64,000 bases of DNA. Origin: Cenococcum geophilum. Lineage: Eukaryota. The stretch is taken from the NCBI GenBank assembly GCA_050273025.1, contig CP158635.1:12400001-12464000 (forward strand), read 5' to 3'. The number at the start of each line of letters is the position of its first letter. Within the stretch, counting starts at the first letter, position 1. Shown here in pieces: positions 12,778-24,477 of this stretch. The notes under the pieces are model-generated. The model was not told the origin of the DNA. It ran no database searches and saw only the letters and a program-made list of their open reading frames with translations. The translations under genes were made by a program, and so were the position numbers.

Positions 12778-14624
12778 ACGTACCCTGCGGGCCAGTGGGC
12801 CATGCGGGCCAGTGGGCCACTTACTAAACCACCAACGCCAAATATTGCGAATTACTCAACCACGAATAATTATATTTGGTGTAGCTATCTACTAGCTAGT
12901 TGCCTGCCGTCTAGGGCACGTACGCGCCGTGTGTTCTGTTGAAGTACATACACTGCACTTGCGTGGTGCTCGCTGCGGTCGCTCGACCGCTGCCTCTGCT
13001 GCCCCCTCTGCTACCCCTATTTGGGCAGCTTGCGCACGAGATAACCCTTCTGCTCCTAATAAAACACCCCCCCTAGCTATATACGTGCGCGGCTGTGCCC
13101 TCTTCCTTTTCTGGCGTTGGTTTTCTGTACGTAGCTTCTCATTTTCACTTGCAAGCAGCACAGCGCTTAATATTGCTATTTCACACCCCTTAACAAGCTG
13201 GCTAAGGGCTTGTTCCGTTGGACTTGGTGGGGTATGCGTGCGCTGTTTAAGATAGCGTCTTAGCAAAGCCGTTTGCTGCTGTAGCTTAGTAATATTATGC
13301 GGTGTTTCAGCTACCTAGGATGGATTCAATTGCGGACAGCGTTGGGGTAATAGCGTCTGATATTCAGCGTGTAGCTGCGACAGCACGCGATTAGGGCTGT
13401 ACGGAATAAGGCTAGTAGCTGCAAATCCTGCCTGTATATTATTTTAATGCAGCGCTGTTTGCCTAGCCTGCCTATATAGTGGCAGGAATTTGTGTTTATT
13501 AATATGGTTAACACCACGGCTTATAAGCTGTTCAACGCTGCGTCCGTAGGCCTGCTTTAGCGCCAAGAAACAGCCTATATTAAGCGGCTGCAGTAGATGC
13601 GACGAATGCGCCGGCATGTAGATAACGATAATCTTGCGATCTAGGCAAAACTGGTTAAATTTGAGGTTAATGTGGCTGCCGTGGCCGTCTAGCACAAGCA
13701 GCTGATGCGTGCCAACGGTACGATCCTTTATATGCTTATAGAATAGATTTAGCCAGGTTAGGCCAATCTCATTTATTATCTAGCCATTTTTACTAACGCT
13801 AATCGACCAGTTATGTGGAATAATATCGTTCTCGTACTAAGCAGCTTAGTGCATTACTACTTTAAAGATAACTAGCGGTGGAATTATACCCCCTATTGCA
13901 TTAATGTATTTAACAATTATAACCCATTCTTAATTACCTAGCTATATTATTCTAGGCCGGCTAGCCCTATTAGTTCCAGTAACAACTCTTATAGTTGTAA
14001 TAACGCCCATTTGGAAGCCAGTTTTATTAAAATTCCAGGTATCGTTATTAAGAATCCTATATTATATCTTTATATCTAAAACGCGTTTAAACCAGGCCTA
14101 AATAAGCACAGGATCTTCGCATTTAGCACGCTGATAGTTATACTTGCGATTCCATTTAGATTATATATCGTTATGGCGCTTAATAAAGTCGTATACCCAT
14201 CGCTCACCAACTGGTTGTAAGCCGCGCTGGGTAGCTAAAAGACTAGCCATCTGCCGTACGGTAGAATTCCTAGATGGCATACCGCGTTAATCCATTGACA
14301 GAATCCACTGCTTAAGGGTCTCTTCTTGTGCTGGTGTAAGACGGCGATTTGGAGCAATAGAACCGCGTTATGGTGTAATACCTTTACGGCGTCGCTGAGC
14401 TGTAGATCGGGGCACGTCGTACGTGCTAGTGGCCTTTCGGAAACTTGTAAATTGGCCTTGCTTATGGGCATTAATAGATAGAAGAATTCTGCCCTCTTGA
14501 AAAAGGGGATTTTCTTGTTGTAGGGTAGCCATTGAGGTCGTAGTTGTATAACGCGTCGCGTCCTTTCGCGATTTTAATGGGGTGGCCCACTGGCCCGCAT
14601 GGCCCACTGGCCCGCAGGGTACGT
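12778..14624 (-). mobile_element. Fot1/pogo (Tc1-mariner) DNA transposon, full length, RIP-inactivated
   Basis: TIRs ACGTACCCTGCGGGCCAGTGGGCCATGCGGGCCAGTGGGCCAC at both ends; TA TSD at 12776-12777 and 14625-14626; 1847 bp. Confidence 0.95.
12892..14532 (-). pseudogene. pogo/Fot1 transposase (HTH_psq, CENP-B HTH, DDE_1, C-terminal zinc knuckle) with RIP stops
   Basis: QEGRILLSINA...YDVPRST, LVLDGHGSH, MPAHSSHLLQPLNIGCF and CSVCTSTEHTARTC, interrupted by TAA/TAG stops. Confidence 0.9.
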
Positions 14625-14760
14625 TAGTGCCTTTTATGCTTAGTCATCCGGGCGGAATAAATTCATTCGTCTATTCATCTGTCTTTGCTGCCATCACTGG
14701 CGGAGGAAATGATCGTTCTCAGCGAAACTTTCATGTGCGATAGATCTCCCACAAAGCATC

Positions 14761-17504
14761 ATGGCTGAAGCCATTGCAGTCATCAGTTTCGTATCCGCTG
14801 TCTGCTCCCTGGCCGACTATGGAACAAGAGTTGTGAAGCGCTTGAACGAATTCAGGACCAACGTCCATAACCTTCCCCAAACATTTCTTCATATTAGCGA
14901 CCAGCTACCCCTATTAACCGATACCGTGAATCGCATTCACCGGCAAGCAAAAGATGGTCATCCGAGCCCACAGACCGAGACGGTGCTACGCCCGGTGGTA
15001 GAAGGTATTCATGCACAATTGACACAGCTCGACTCTGTTCTTGTCAAGGTGTTGCCTTCTGCCAAAGCTTCAACGTGGGAGAAAGGCATCAAGGCAGTCA
15101 GAAGCTTAAAGGCCCAGAAAACTATTGACGACTTTGCTTCAGTCATCGATCGCTACATTTTAAACCTCACGGTCTACCAGACTACCCATAATGGTGATCT
15201 AATTAAAACTTTAATCAAGTTAATAGAACAGATGAACTCTCCGCGACTGCAGGACGTCCAAGTCGCGCCGCCGAGGAAGCCTTACTTCATGGTTCGCTAT
15301 CAAACTGACGAGGATTTCATCGGTCGCGAAAAGATCGTGGAGGAAATTAGGCGACGATTCGGGAGGAAAAATCGAGTGGCTATAGCTGGGATAGGCGGTG
15401 TTGGGTACGCTTTCCAGGTTGCCGGATTGATTTTGACTATTCTATTAATACAAACTGCAGAAAGTCCCGTATTGCCATTGAATACTGTTATCAGTACAGA
15501 AGGGACAACCCAGACGCCCACGTATTCTGGGTGCACGGTGGTAACAAAGTCAGATTCGAAGCAGCTTATCAAGAGATGGCAAGGACGATGAAGATACCTG
15601 GCTTCGATGACCCGAAGATCAATACTCTCCAGCTAGTTTCCGATTGGCTGACTGATGAAGACAACGGTTCTTGGCTAATGGTGTTAGATAACGCCGATGA
15701 CGCCGAGGTCTGGACCGAGCCTGCCATACAAGAGTCCTCCCAGCAAGACGGTCTCTACCGGTCAGCGCCTTTGATTGATTATATACCTCGAGGCTTACAT
15801 TGCTTTGTGCTGATCACAACGAGGAACGGCCAGCTTGGGGAGACACTTGCAGAAGTTAAGAGGGAAAAACCAATCGATGTTCTACCACTTGTCCCGAAGG
15901 ACGCGGAAAGTTTGCTGCGGAGGAAACTCTCAGAAAATGACGATATTAGCCAAGAGGATGCGAATGAGATTACGGAAGCTTTGGATTACCTCCCCCTTGC
16001 TATCACCCAGGCGGCGGCATATTTAGATCAGAACCGTATAACTGCCGCCGAATATCTTCATCTGTTCAGAGATGGTGAAGCAGATACCTCAGAACTCTTG
16101 GAGCAGGACATTTATGACGCAGGCCGCGACTATGAGATCCAAAACTCTATCTTCCGGACCTGGAAGATCTCCTTCGATCAGATTCTTAAGCAAGACCCAC
16201 GCGCGGCCGAGGTGTTGTCTCTCATGGCCATGTTGGATCGACAGGCAATATCGGAAAATTTGTTGCGGAAAAATGAGGAGCGGAAGTTAAAGTTCAATGC
16301 CGCCATCCAGAAGTTGAAGGCCTTCTCATTAATCACAGAGGAAATAAAGCCATCAATCTTCAGCATGCATCGCCTCATCCAGCTTTCAACCCAAATGTGG
16401 CTAGAGCATCAGAATGAACTGTCGAGATGGCAAGAAGCAGCGTTATCTACGGTGGCTGAATGCTGCCCGCTTAATGGGAACTACGAGAACTGGATCTCGT
16501 TGGAGGCTATAAGCCCGCATCTTCAGGTTGTGCTGGATTACCAATTTAGTACAAAACCTTGTCAGCTACAGCGCGCGAAAATACTGTTCACATTAGGATG
16601 GTACAACTACGAGCAGGGTCGATATTCGAAAGCCTACCAGCTCTATTTGGAATCTCTGGTGCTTCGAGAGAGTAATCTTGGGCCGGAGCATTCCGACACA
16701 CTGGACAGCATAAACAACCTGGCGTTGGTGCTATGGAGCCAAGGCAAGTACGGCGAGGCCGAGAAGATGCACCGACGAGTGTTGGGAGTAAGAGAGAAGG
16801 TGCTTGGGCTAGAACATTCCGGTACACTGAATTGCATAAACAACCTGGCGTTGGTGCTACGGAGCCAGGGCAGGTATGGCGAGGCCGAGAAGATGCACCG
16901 ACGAGTGTTAGAGGTGAGGGAGAAGGTGCTTGGGCTAGAGCATTCCGATACACTAAACTGCATAAATAACCTAGCGTTAGTGCTACGGAGCCAGGGCAGG
17001 TACGACGAGGCTGAGAAGATGCACCGACGAGTGTTAGAGGTAAGGGGGAAGGTACTTGGCCCCGAGCATCCTAATACGCTAACCAGCGTAAACAACCTGG
17101 CGTTTGTGCTACGGAGCCAGGGAAATTACAACGAGGCCGAGGAGATACACCAACGAGCGTTGAAAGTAAGGGAGAAGGTGCTTGGCCCCGAGCATCCCGG
17201 TACGATGACTAGCATGAATAACCTAGCGGAGGTATTACGGAGCCAGGGAAATTACGGCGAGGCCGAGAAGATGCACCGACGAGCGTTGGAAGTGAGGGAG
17301 AAGGTGCTTGGCCCTGAGCATCCAGATACGTTATCGAGTGTATATGGCCTTGCCAACCTACATCAGTGCCGGAAACAATACGGTGATGCGTCTATCCTTT
17401 ATCAAAGGGCCTGCTCAGGATATCAGAAGATACTTGGCTCTGACCATCCCGACACTCTAAAATGTTCAAAGGACTACCTTTCCATGCTGGGCTCTCTACT
17501 ATAG
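14761..17504 (+). CDS. Fungal NLR: SesA-like N-terminal domain + NB-ARC + TPR repeats (2 exons)
   Basis: N-terminus MAEAIAVISFVSAVCSLADYGTRVVKRLNEF (SesA-like). P-loop GIGGVG|KSRIA is split by intron 15405-15460. Walker B WLMVLDNADD, LITTR, YLPLAITQAAAY, MHRLIQ, then 42-aa TPR repeats (NNLALVLRSQGRYGEAEKMHRRVLEVREKVLG.EH). Confidence 0.93.
16660..17350 (+). repeat. Highly similar 126-nt TPR-coding tandem repeats (5 near-complete units) within the NLR
   Basis: Repeated AAYAACCTRGCG...CGGAGCCAGGG...GAGGCCGAGAAGATGCACCGACGAG...GAGAAGGTGCTTGG at 126-nt spacing. Confidence 0.9.
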
Positions 17505-17824
17505 GGCGGAATTTCAACAACTCAAATCATGCTTGTCCGACAAGAAGCAGCAGAAATCGGTGACCTAAAGTTCCTTAAGCCGATCGAGAATGCAGCCAGG
17601 GGTGTGGTTAGCTTGCTTCAAACTGCTGCACGGGAATTACGTATTGGTCATCAAGACATAAATATTGTGGTCAGAGATCAAGCTCAAACTTAATGATGCA
17701 TATAGTAGTGACTGGACAGGGAGCGCGATAGGTGTGTCTCACCAGTATAATAGTGTTGGGGTGGGAATAATGGGAAGGCTCTGATTGGGAACAAGTATGG
17801 TGGGAAAAGCTTTGGGACAATTGA
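17505..17824 (+). pseudogene. 3' remnant of a HET-S-like gene (end of HeLo domain + HET-s-related amyloid motif R1/R2)
   Basis: With three 1-nt frameshifts it reads QIMLVRQEAAEIGDLKFLKPIENAARGVVSLLQTAARELRIGHQDINIVVRDQAQT/NDAYSSDWTGSAIGVSHQYNSVGV/NNGKALIGNKYGGKSF/WDN*. The end matches the HET-s PFD end (VLIGNEYGGKGFWDN). Confidence 0.82.
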
Positions 17825-18778
17825 ACACGTCTATGACGACCAGGCTGACGGACGAGCCATTCCTCATCGTCAAGCTCGTAGAACTGGGATCATTTACTTG
17901 AGATCGGAACGGCTTATATTAGCCACAAGGGCCTGTAATGATACTCAATGACGCTTCAATCCCTCGTTTGCTTGATTTCGTAATGGTGGGTTAATCCTAA
18001 GGCTCAATTCTGAGGCTGCTAGCCATAATCGGGCTAGCTGCTTCTATCCTCGCATCCACCTAATCAAATTGCTACGCTCCGGTCAGCATTTTAATACATC
18101 TACGCACGTAATAGCACTGAATTATCGTAACTCCTTATAAGTGCAGCAAGCCTCAGTCGAAATAGGATTTTGTCTGTCCGCGATCTTGTACATTCCTCAA
18201 CTTTGAAATATGATTTCTGACGCTTTCCCAAAGTTGAACGTCGGGCAAGTTAATTCACTCACTTAATTTTAAGGCAGGATTTGCTTACTTGTTATCAAGG
18301 GCAACGATGACCTTCGATTACGCCATTAAAGAGGTATAGAAAGTCTACTTGATTTCAAATAACCGCCAAGATTTCAAAGCTAGTCAAGCTTAAGCCGATA
18401 CTATATGTAATAATGTAAGCTTTGCAGAGTGTGGAAATGCATGAACGACTTGATTGTAAATGTAGCTCTAGAGGCTCTATATATATACACGAAGAGGGTA
18501 GAAATGATGGGGTAATAGATAGCTAAAACGGGAACGGTGATCTACAAGCAATATTGATCTGCAAGTCAATATATAAGGTGGCTGTCTTGGAGCCCTCCAG
18601 GTGACGATCTCGACACAGTGTCGGTAGTCGGTTACAAATAAAATGGTTCTTTTTTCTAAGGGTATAGAAAGTAAGAGACCTGTGATAGAGGCGGGTGGCT
18701 GAAGAATTATCAAAAGCTAAACTCGGGCATTGAAATACAGCCTGATGGGTAGCCTATAACAACTATGTCTCCACAAAT

Positions 18779-19950
18779 CAGTGTGGGTAACAGTTAGCGT
18801 CGCTGGCAGCGTCGCTGATAGCTAGCTGCTGATGTAAGCAGTCAGTCAGCGTATAGAGTTATAACAGTCAGTCTACGATATATATACAGCGCGCTGACAG
18901 CTCGCTGCATAGGTGGTAAGAAAAGATAGATCTTGAAGCTTTTGGTAGAAGTTAAGGATATTCGGATATTCGGCTTAAATCCGGTTGGCCACTGACGCGC
19001 CAAGCACGGGAAACCTCTGGGATACTCATAGTACATAGTACTGTTTTCCCTAAAATCCCCGTCGCGTAGATGAACTTGTCCCCTCGCGATATTTACCTTT
19101 TTACCAACACGGGGCAATGCAACGCACCTTATATTTTACCTGCCGAGTAGTAGAGCTTCTTCCTCTGCTTCTTCCTCTGCTTCTTCCTCTGCTTCCTCCT
19201 TATTGCCTCTACAATCTACGCCTTAATTAAGCCACTCAGTAATCCGCAGGCGTCTTGGCTCTACTGCTTCCGTCCCCTCGCGGTTGAAGATACCCCGAGT
19301 CGGACGAGTCGAACGACTCTGCATTGCGCGAGCCTCTACCAATCGGCCGAGCCACCTAACCCAAATCCCTGCTACTGACGTCATTATCAAAACCTCCACA
19401 GGCGCGCTGAACGAATTTAACGATATTTAAATACTATATGGGGTAAACTGGGGTAGATTTGAAATTTGTCGGACGGACAAGTCACTCATAAGAACTCTGT
19501 CGATTGAAGCTGGCTCTAGAAGCTCTCTATATACATGAGGTCGGGGCAAAAGACTGACGACGACGCTGACGACGATTCTGGAACTATTACTCAATCGCCA
19601 CCAGGTCGATATTGCCACTCAGTCGGTGATAGGTAATGAATAGGTAATAGAAAGTAGATAGTAAGACATACGATGGCAAGAAACAGGTGTGAGTCATAAG
19701 GTGGTACTTGACAGTGACCTCAACGTTCGACAAAATTGGGCAACGTTAATATTTGTATATATAGAGGTGCTGCCAACAATCTATAATTTAACTTTATGAC
19801 TATCAGATCTATACAATTTACCCGATTTGGATAAGCGCGCTGACAGCTGTGCAGTCAGCGTATACATATACCCAGCGAGCGGACAGCGAGCGATTCAATT
19901 AGTACAGTTAGTCAGCGAAGCTCGCTGTACGCTGACTGTTACCCACACTG
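18779..19950. mobile_element. Non-autonomous hAT element (1172 bp)
   Basis: 22-bp TIR CAGTGTGGGTAACAGT(T/C)AGCGT with 1 mismatch; perfect 8-bp TSD CCACAAAT at 18771-18778 and 19951-19958; subterminal GTCAGCG repeats. Confidence 0.92.
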
Positions 19951-20099
19951 CCACAAATAGCCGTGACAGCCGCTCGATGTTCGCGAGGGAACCAAAGAAG
20001 GTTCACGTTTCTTCCACTTATCCACTCATCCCTTACAAGTAGTTCGGACAAATGAACTGACTAAGGGAGTATACTCACGGCATGAGAATGAAGCCGAAA

Positions 20100-21634
20100 A
20101 GAACCCCTGTTTGTTTCAAGGCGTGATCCGTCTATCGAGAAAGAAAGAATACATAGATCTTCAAAGCCCTCGAGCCTCTACAGCGCGGCACCTGTGGCGG
20201 CGTCTCGGAGCCGTATCGTCTTGTCCTGTGAGGCCGACGCTACCTACTTGACGTCCGGCGAAAATGTAACGGCTCCGACTAAGCTAGTATGCCCTTTAAG
20301 CTTCTGCAGCGCGGCGCCTGTGGCGGCGCCCCAGAGCCGTACCGTCTTCTCGTCCAAGGCCGACGCCACCTGCTTACCGTCCGGTGAGAACATGATGGCT
20401 CTAATTAAGCGGTGTGCTCCTCGAGCCTTTGCAGCGCGGCGCGTATCGCGGCATCCTAGAGGCGCACTGTCTTGTCGACCGAGGCCAACGCTACCTGCTT
20501 GCCGTCCGGCGAGAATGTGACTGCCATGGCCGAGTTAGTATGCCCTTCGAGCCCTTGTAGCGCGGTGCCTGCGGCGGCGCCTCAGAGCCGTACTGTCCTG
20601 TCCTGTGAGGCCGACGCTATTTGCTTGACAATGCTTGCCTTCCGGCGAGAACGTGACGGCTTCAACCGAGTCGGTATGTCCTTCAAACCTTTGTAACGCG
20701 ACGCCTGTGGCGGCGTCCCAAAGCCGTACCGTCTTGTCGTGCGAGGCCGACGCCACCTGCTTGCCGTCCGGCGGGAACGTGACGGCTCCGACCGGGTCGG
20801 TGTGCCCCTCGAGCGTCTGAAGAGGGGCACCCTAGACTTTTAAACTTGGGGTAACTGTGTAATCCATTTTGGTATGTAAGATATGAATTTCTTTCGGACT
20901 ATGCTCTCATCTGGCGCGAAAACAATAGCGGAACAGTCTGTTTGCAAAGGCGCTGTTTCAATTACAAATCGATTTGCGAGGATAAAACGCGTAGCATCAT
21001 GGAGGAAACTCGATACCTCCATGCTCTCACCCGGCTGTAAGAGTATCTTTAGTAGGCCGTTTTAACATTATGCTAGTGAAAACTTACTTCAAGGAGGCAG
21101 TGTGATTTATGAATCATTCGAATGCTTTCGGATATTAGCCCAGCCAAACTTATAGCCTCGAGCCAGTAACGGTAAGCATACTGGGCTTCCTTTGGTAGGC
21201 GATCCGAGATTGTTTAGGTGCTGACATCCCGTCGTAGGATTCCAGGATTTAGTAAATTGCAGATGTTTTACTTTAGCTTACCAGGGCTAGACATCAGTTA
21301 GATCCACCTTCTTGCTATTTTAAGATGCGTTCCATTTTCGTCTACCCAGAACGGACTTAAGGAATCTAGATCGCTACATCTCTCCTTGTCTACAAAGAAG
21401 TCGCGAAATAATAGGTGATACAGATAAAGCGGCCGGTGTGTCCTTTAGAATATCCAGGATGGCGTAGAGGTCCGCAAGTCCCCGCTCTATAGCCCCCTTA
21501 GGAAGATGAAGTAAGCTATAAAGTAAGCCAAGAAACAGCGGTAAGTATAGGACTATAATGTAGATTTTGTTGGGTTAGTGTTCTAGTGCTGAAGTAGATG
21601 TGATTCTGTCTAGTATCTTAGCTGGTCTCTTCGC
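20100..21634 (-). pseudogene. NACHT-WD40 NLR (HET-E/NWD-like), 3' part
   Basis: About 5 HET-E-type WD40 repeats (ASASHDKTVRLWDAATGVALQRFEGHTDSVEAVTFSP), plus the linker SSFLHDATRFILANRFVIETAPLQ..SAIVFAPDESIVRKKF; frameshifts and RIP stops. Confidence 0.85.
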
Positions 21635-21807
21635 CAGGGTTGTTTTGGATAATGCGAATAAGCGAGCATAAAATATCCTTTATCCAATAGAAAATGCATA
21701 AAATATCGCAATCGATAAGGATAAAAGTGCCCATGCGGAGCTTTTCTACCCCAACTGGTAAGACTCCTGGCAGAATTCGGCAGAATTTAGTAAACTTAGT
21801 AGAATTT

Positions 21808-21935
21808 GGCAGATATTGCAGATATTACAGATATTGTAGATATTGCGGATATTACGGATATTGCAGATATTACGGATATTACGAATACTGCCGATATTGC
21901 GTATATTGCGGATATTGTAGATATTGCAAATATTA
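21808..21935 (+). repeat. 9-bp subterminal tandem repeat (GCAGATATT) of the hAT element
   Basis: More than 10 degenerate copies just inside the left TIR; they produce the spurious ADI/YCR ORFs. Confidence 0.85.
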
Positions 21936-22599
21936 CAGTACCTTTCCCCCCTAACTATATAGCTAAATACTTAGAGAAAAATTACCTATTTCTCTTATAG
22001 TTCTTCTCTAATGCCAATTCTTTAAATACTTTATTTTCTTAAGAGTTTTAGAATCTATCTATATTCTCTCCTATAATACTATATAATATCCTCCTAAAAA
22101 GACTCTTTCTAGCTTATTACTCATTGCTATAATTAAGAGAATTTTAATTGCTATAAGCGAGAGCCGTGGCTAGCGCTTTCGTTGCTATTCTTAAGACCAC
22201 TACTAAAGTATAGTTATTAAAATCTTATATAGTGTTACGGACGCTTTAAGTACAATGTTATAACTACTTAGGGAAGAGTTAGAAGAAGCTAGTTGGTTAA
22301 TTTAAGCACAGTCTAGGATAGAGCCAATAGAACTATATAACGAGGAATAGTAACTAAGGTCATATAGGGTAATTTATATAATCTATAGGATCTATATAAT
22401 CCGTAATAGAGTAGATAGAGTATACGTATATTATATATAAGAAGGATTTTATAGGAGTACGGTTATATATTTAAGGACCCTCGTTAGGAAAAAATTTACC
22501 AGCATTTTCGCAGCATTTGGCGGCATTTGGCGGCCAAATGCGCAATCCGCGCACTGCAACGTGTAGCGTATAGTATCAACTTAGGTGCGGCATACTGCC

Positions 22600-22950
22600 G
22601 CATTTAATAACGCGGTGCAGCATACTGCCGCATCCAATAACGCGATACAGTATACTGCCGCATCCAACAACGTAGTGCAGCATACTGCCGTATCTAGCAA
22701 CGTGGTGCAAGCATACTACCGCATCTAACAACGCGGTATAGCATTCTGCCGTATCTAATAACGTGGTATAGCATTCTGCCGTATCTAATAACGTAGTATA
22801 GCATTCTGCCGCATCTAATAACGCGGTATAGCATTCTGCCGTATTTAATAACGCGGTATAATATACTGCTGTATCTAGTAATACAGTGTAAGTATACTGC
22901 TGCATTTAATAACGCGGTATAGTATACTGCCGCATTTAATAATGCGGTAT
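22600..22950 (+). repeat. 30-bp tandem repeat
   Basis: About 11 copies of GCATACTGCCGCATCTAATAACGCGGTATA-like units. Confidence 0.9.
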
Positions 22951-23316
22951 AGCTAATTATGTATTTATAGCCACTTGGGCAAATAGTGCCTTTATTTTAT
23001 TAAGCTCTTTTTATACTTAATATATAATTAATATATAATGCCCCCTTCGCGTATTTTATATATTTTACTTACTTTAAGTAATAAATAAGCATTACTCTTC
23101 CCACGTACTTAATAGTATTTACTTAGTCTACGCGGTTAGTAGTATTTACCTATTCCGCGTAATTAATATACTTTACTTAGTCTATATAGTTAGTACCCTT
23201 TACTTATTCTACGCAATTAGTACCCTTTACTTATTTTACGCAGTTAGTATTCTTTACTTATTTTATACGCCTGGCATATACTATATAAAGAATATATTTT
23301 AACCTAATAGTAGTAT

Positions 23317-23762
23317 TGTAACGTGGCCCGCCTCCACGTTGCTATACGGCCAAAAAGACTGAGAGTGCTTGCGAACTTGTCGCAAGCGCGGCGGGACCTA
23401 ATATATATACTCTTACAATTGCCCTCTCCTCTGCGCGCTCGTCCCCGAGCGCTCGCAGGGATTCCTCTGTGCGCCTATTTGGGCCTCCACAGGGATTAAA
23501 CGCCAAGAGTATCACTATATTAGTTAGTCCCTAGTAATATAAGTAATCGGAATCTTCATTAACGCCTTATCGCATAAATACGCGTTAGACTATACTAGAG
23601 CGAAGTAACTAATAGGGATTGAACCTATAACACCTAGCCCCAGTAAGTTCGCAAGCACAATTGTAACGTGGCCCGCCTCCACGTCGCCATACGGCCAAAA
23701 AGACTAAGAGTGCTTGCGAACTTGTCGTAAGCGCGGCGGGACCTAATATATATACTCTTATA
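23317..23762 (-). mobile_element. TRIM (miniature non-autonomous LTR retroelement, 446 bp)
   Basis: Two 101-bp TG...CA LTRs (23317-23417 and 23662-23762); 5-bp TSD AGTAT; 244-bp non-coding interior; minus-strand PPT AGAGGAGAGGGCAAT next to the left LTR. Confidence 0.92.
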
Positions 23763-24477
23763 AGTATAATATAACCTTAATACGCCTAATAACGCCCTTT
23801 AGTTAACTTACTATTTTAAGTTTAATATTTATATAAGTCCTACCGCGATAGTAATACCGTACTATTAAACCCCTAATTATCTTTATTCTCGCCGTTATTT
23901 TTACTATTATTTTCTCTATTTATCTTACTGCCTTCTCTACTCTTATTCTCTTTATTATCGTTATTTTCCCTATTTATTCTACTGCCTTCTTTACTCTTAT
24001 TCTCTTTATTAGCAAATTCTAGTATTACTAGTTTATCTCTACTTTATAGGTGGGCCTTTATATTCTCTAGTATAGTACTATCTATAATATCTATAACCTT
24101 AGACTTGCCGGTAAAAGTATACCGTAAGATACGGTAATTAATTCCTATTTCCTATTTATTATTACCTTAAATTTATTTAAGGCGCGCTTAGATAGCGTTA
24201 ATATTATAATTATATAGTATTAAAATCGTCTTATTAGTATACTATAAGAAAGAGACCTTATATATAGTTTTGGGGTTTATTCTTTATAATAAATACACTA
24301 GTCTACTATTATCCTATTATATTATCTTTATTAGCCCGTATATAATAATTAAAATAGCGTAATATTATAATATAGGAAATAGTAGGAAAGTACTATAGTA
24401 TATACATCGGGAAAATATTCGTAGGATAAGATTTAAGTAGACTTTGGTTTTCGCGTTTCGCGTAATTGATATATAAT

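Noticed and set aside
16588..17095. Minus-strand repeat ORFs
   Set aside because: Antisense shadows of the TPR repeats.
18005..18480. Another NLR or HeLo-like N-terminus (LLAIIGLAASIL)
   Set aside because: Single short motif with no supporting continuation.
23595..23660. tRNA gene
   Set aside because: Only a T-arm-like hairpin is visible, with no convincing acceptor, D or anticodon stems; reported as part of the TRIM.
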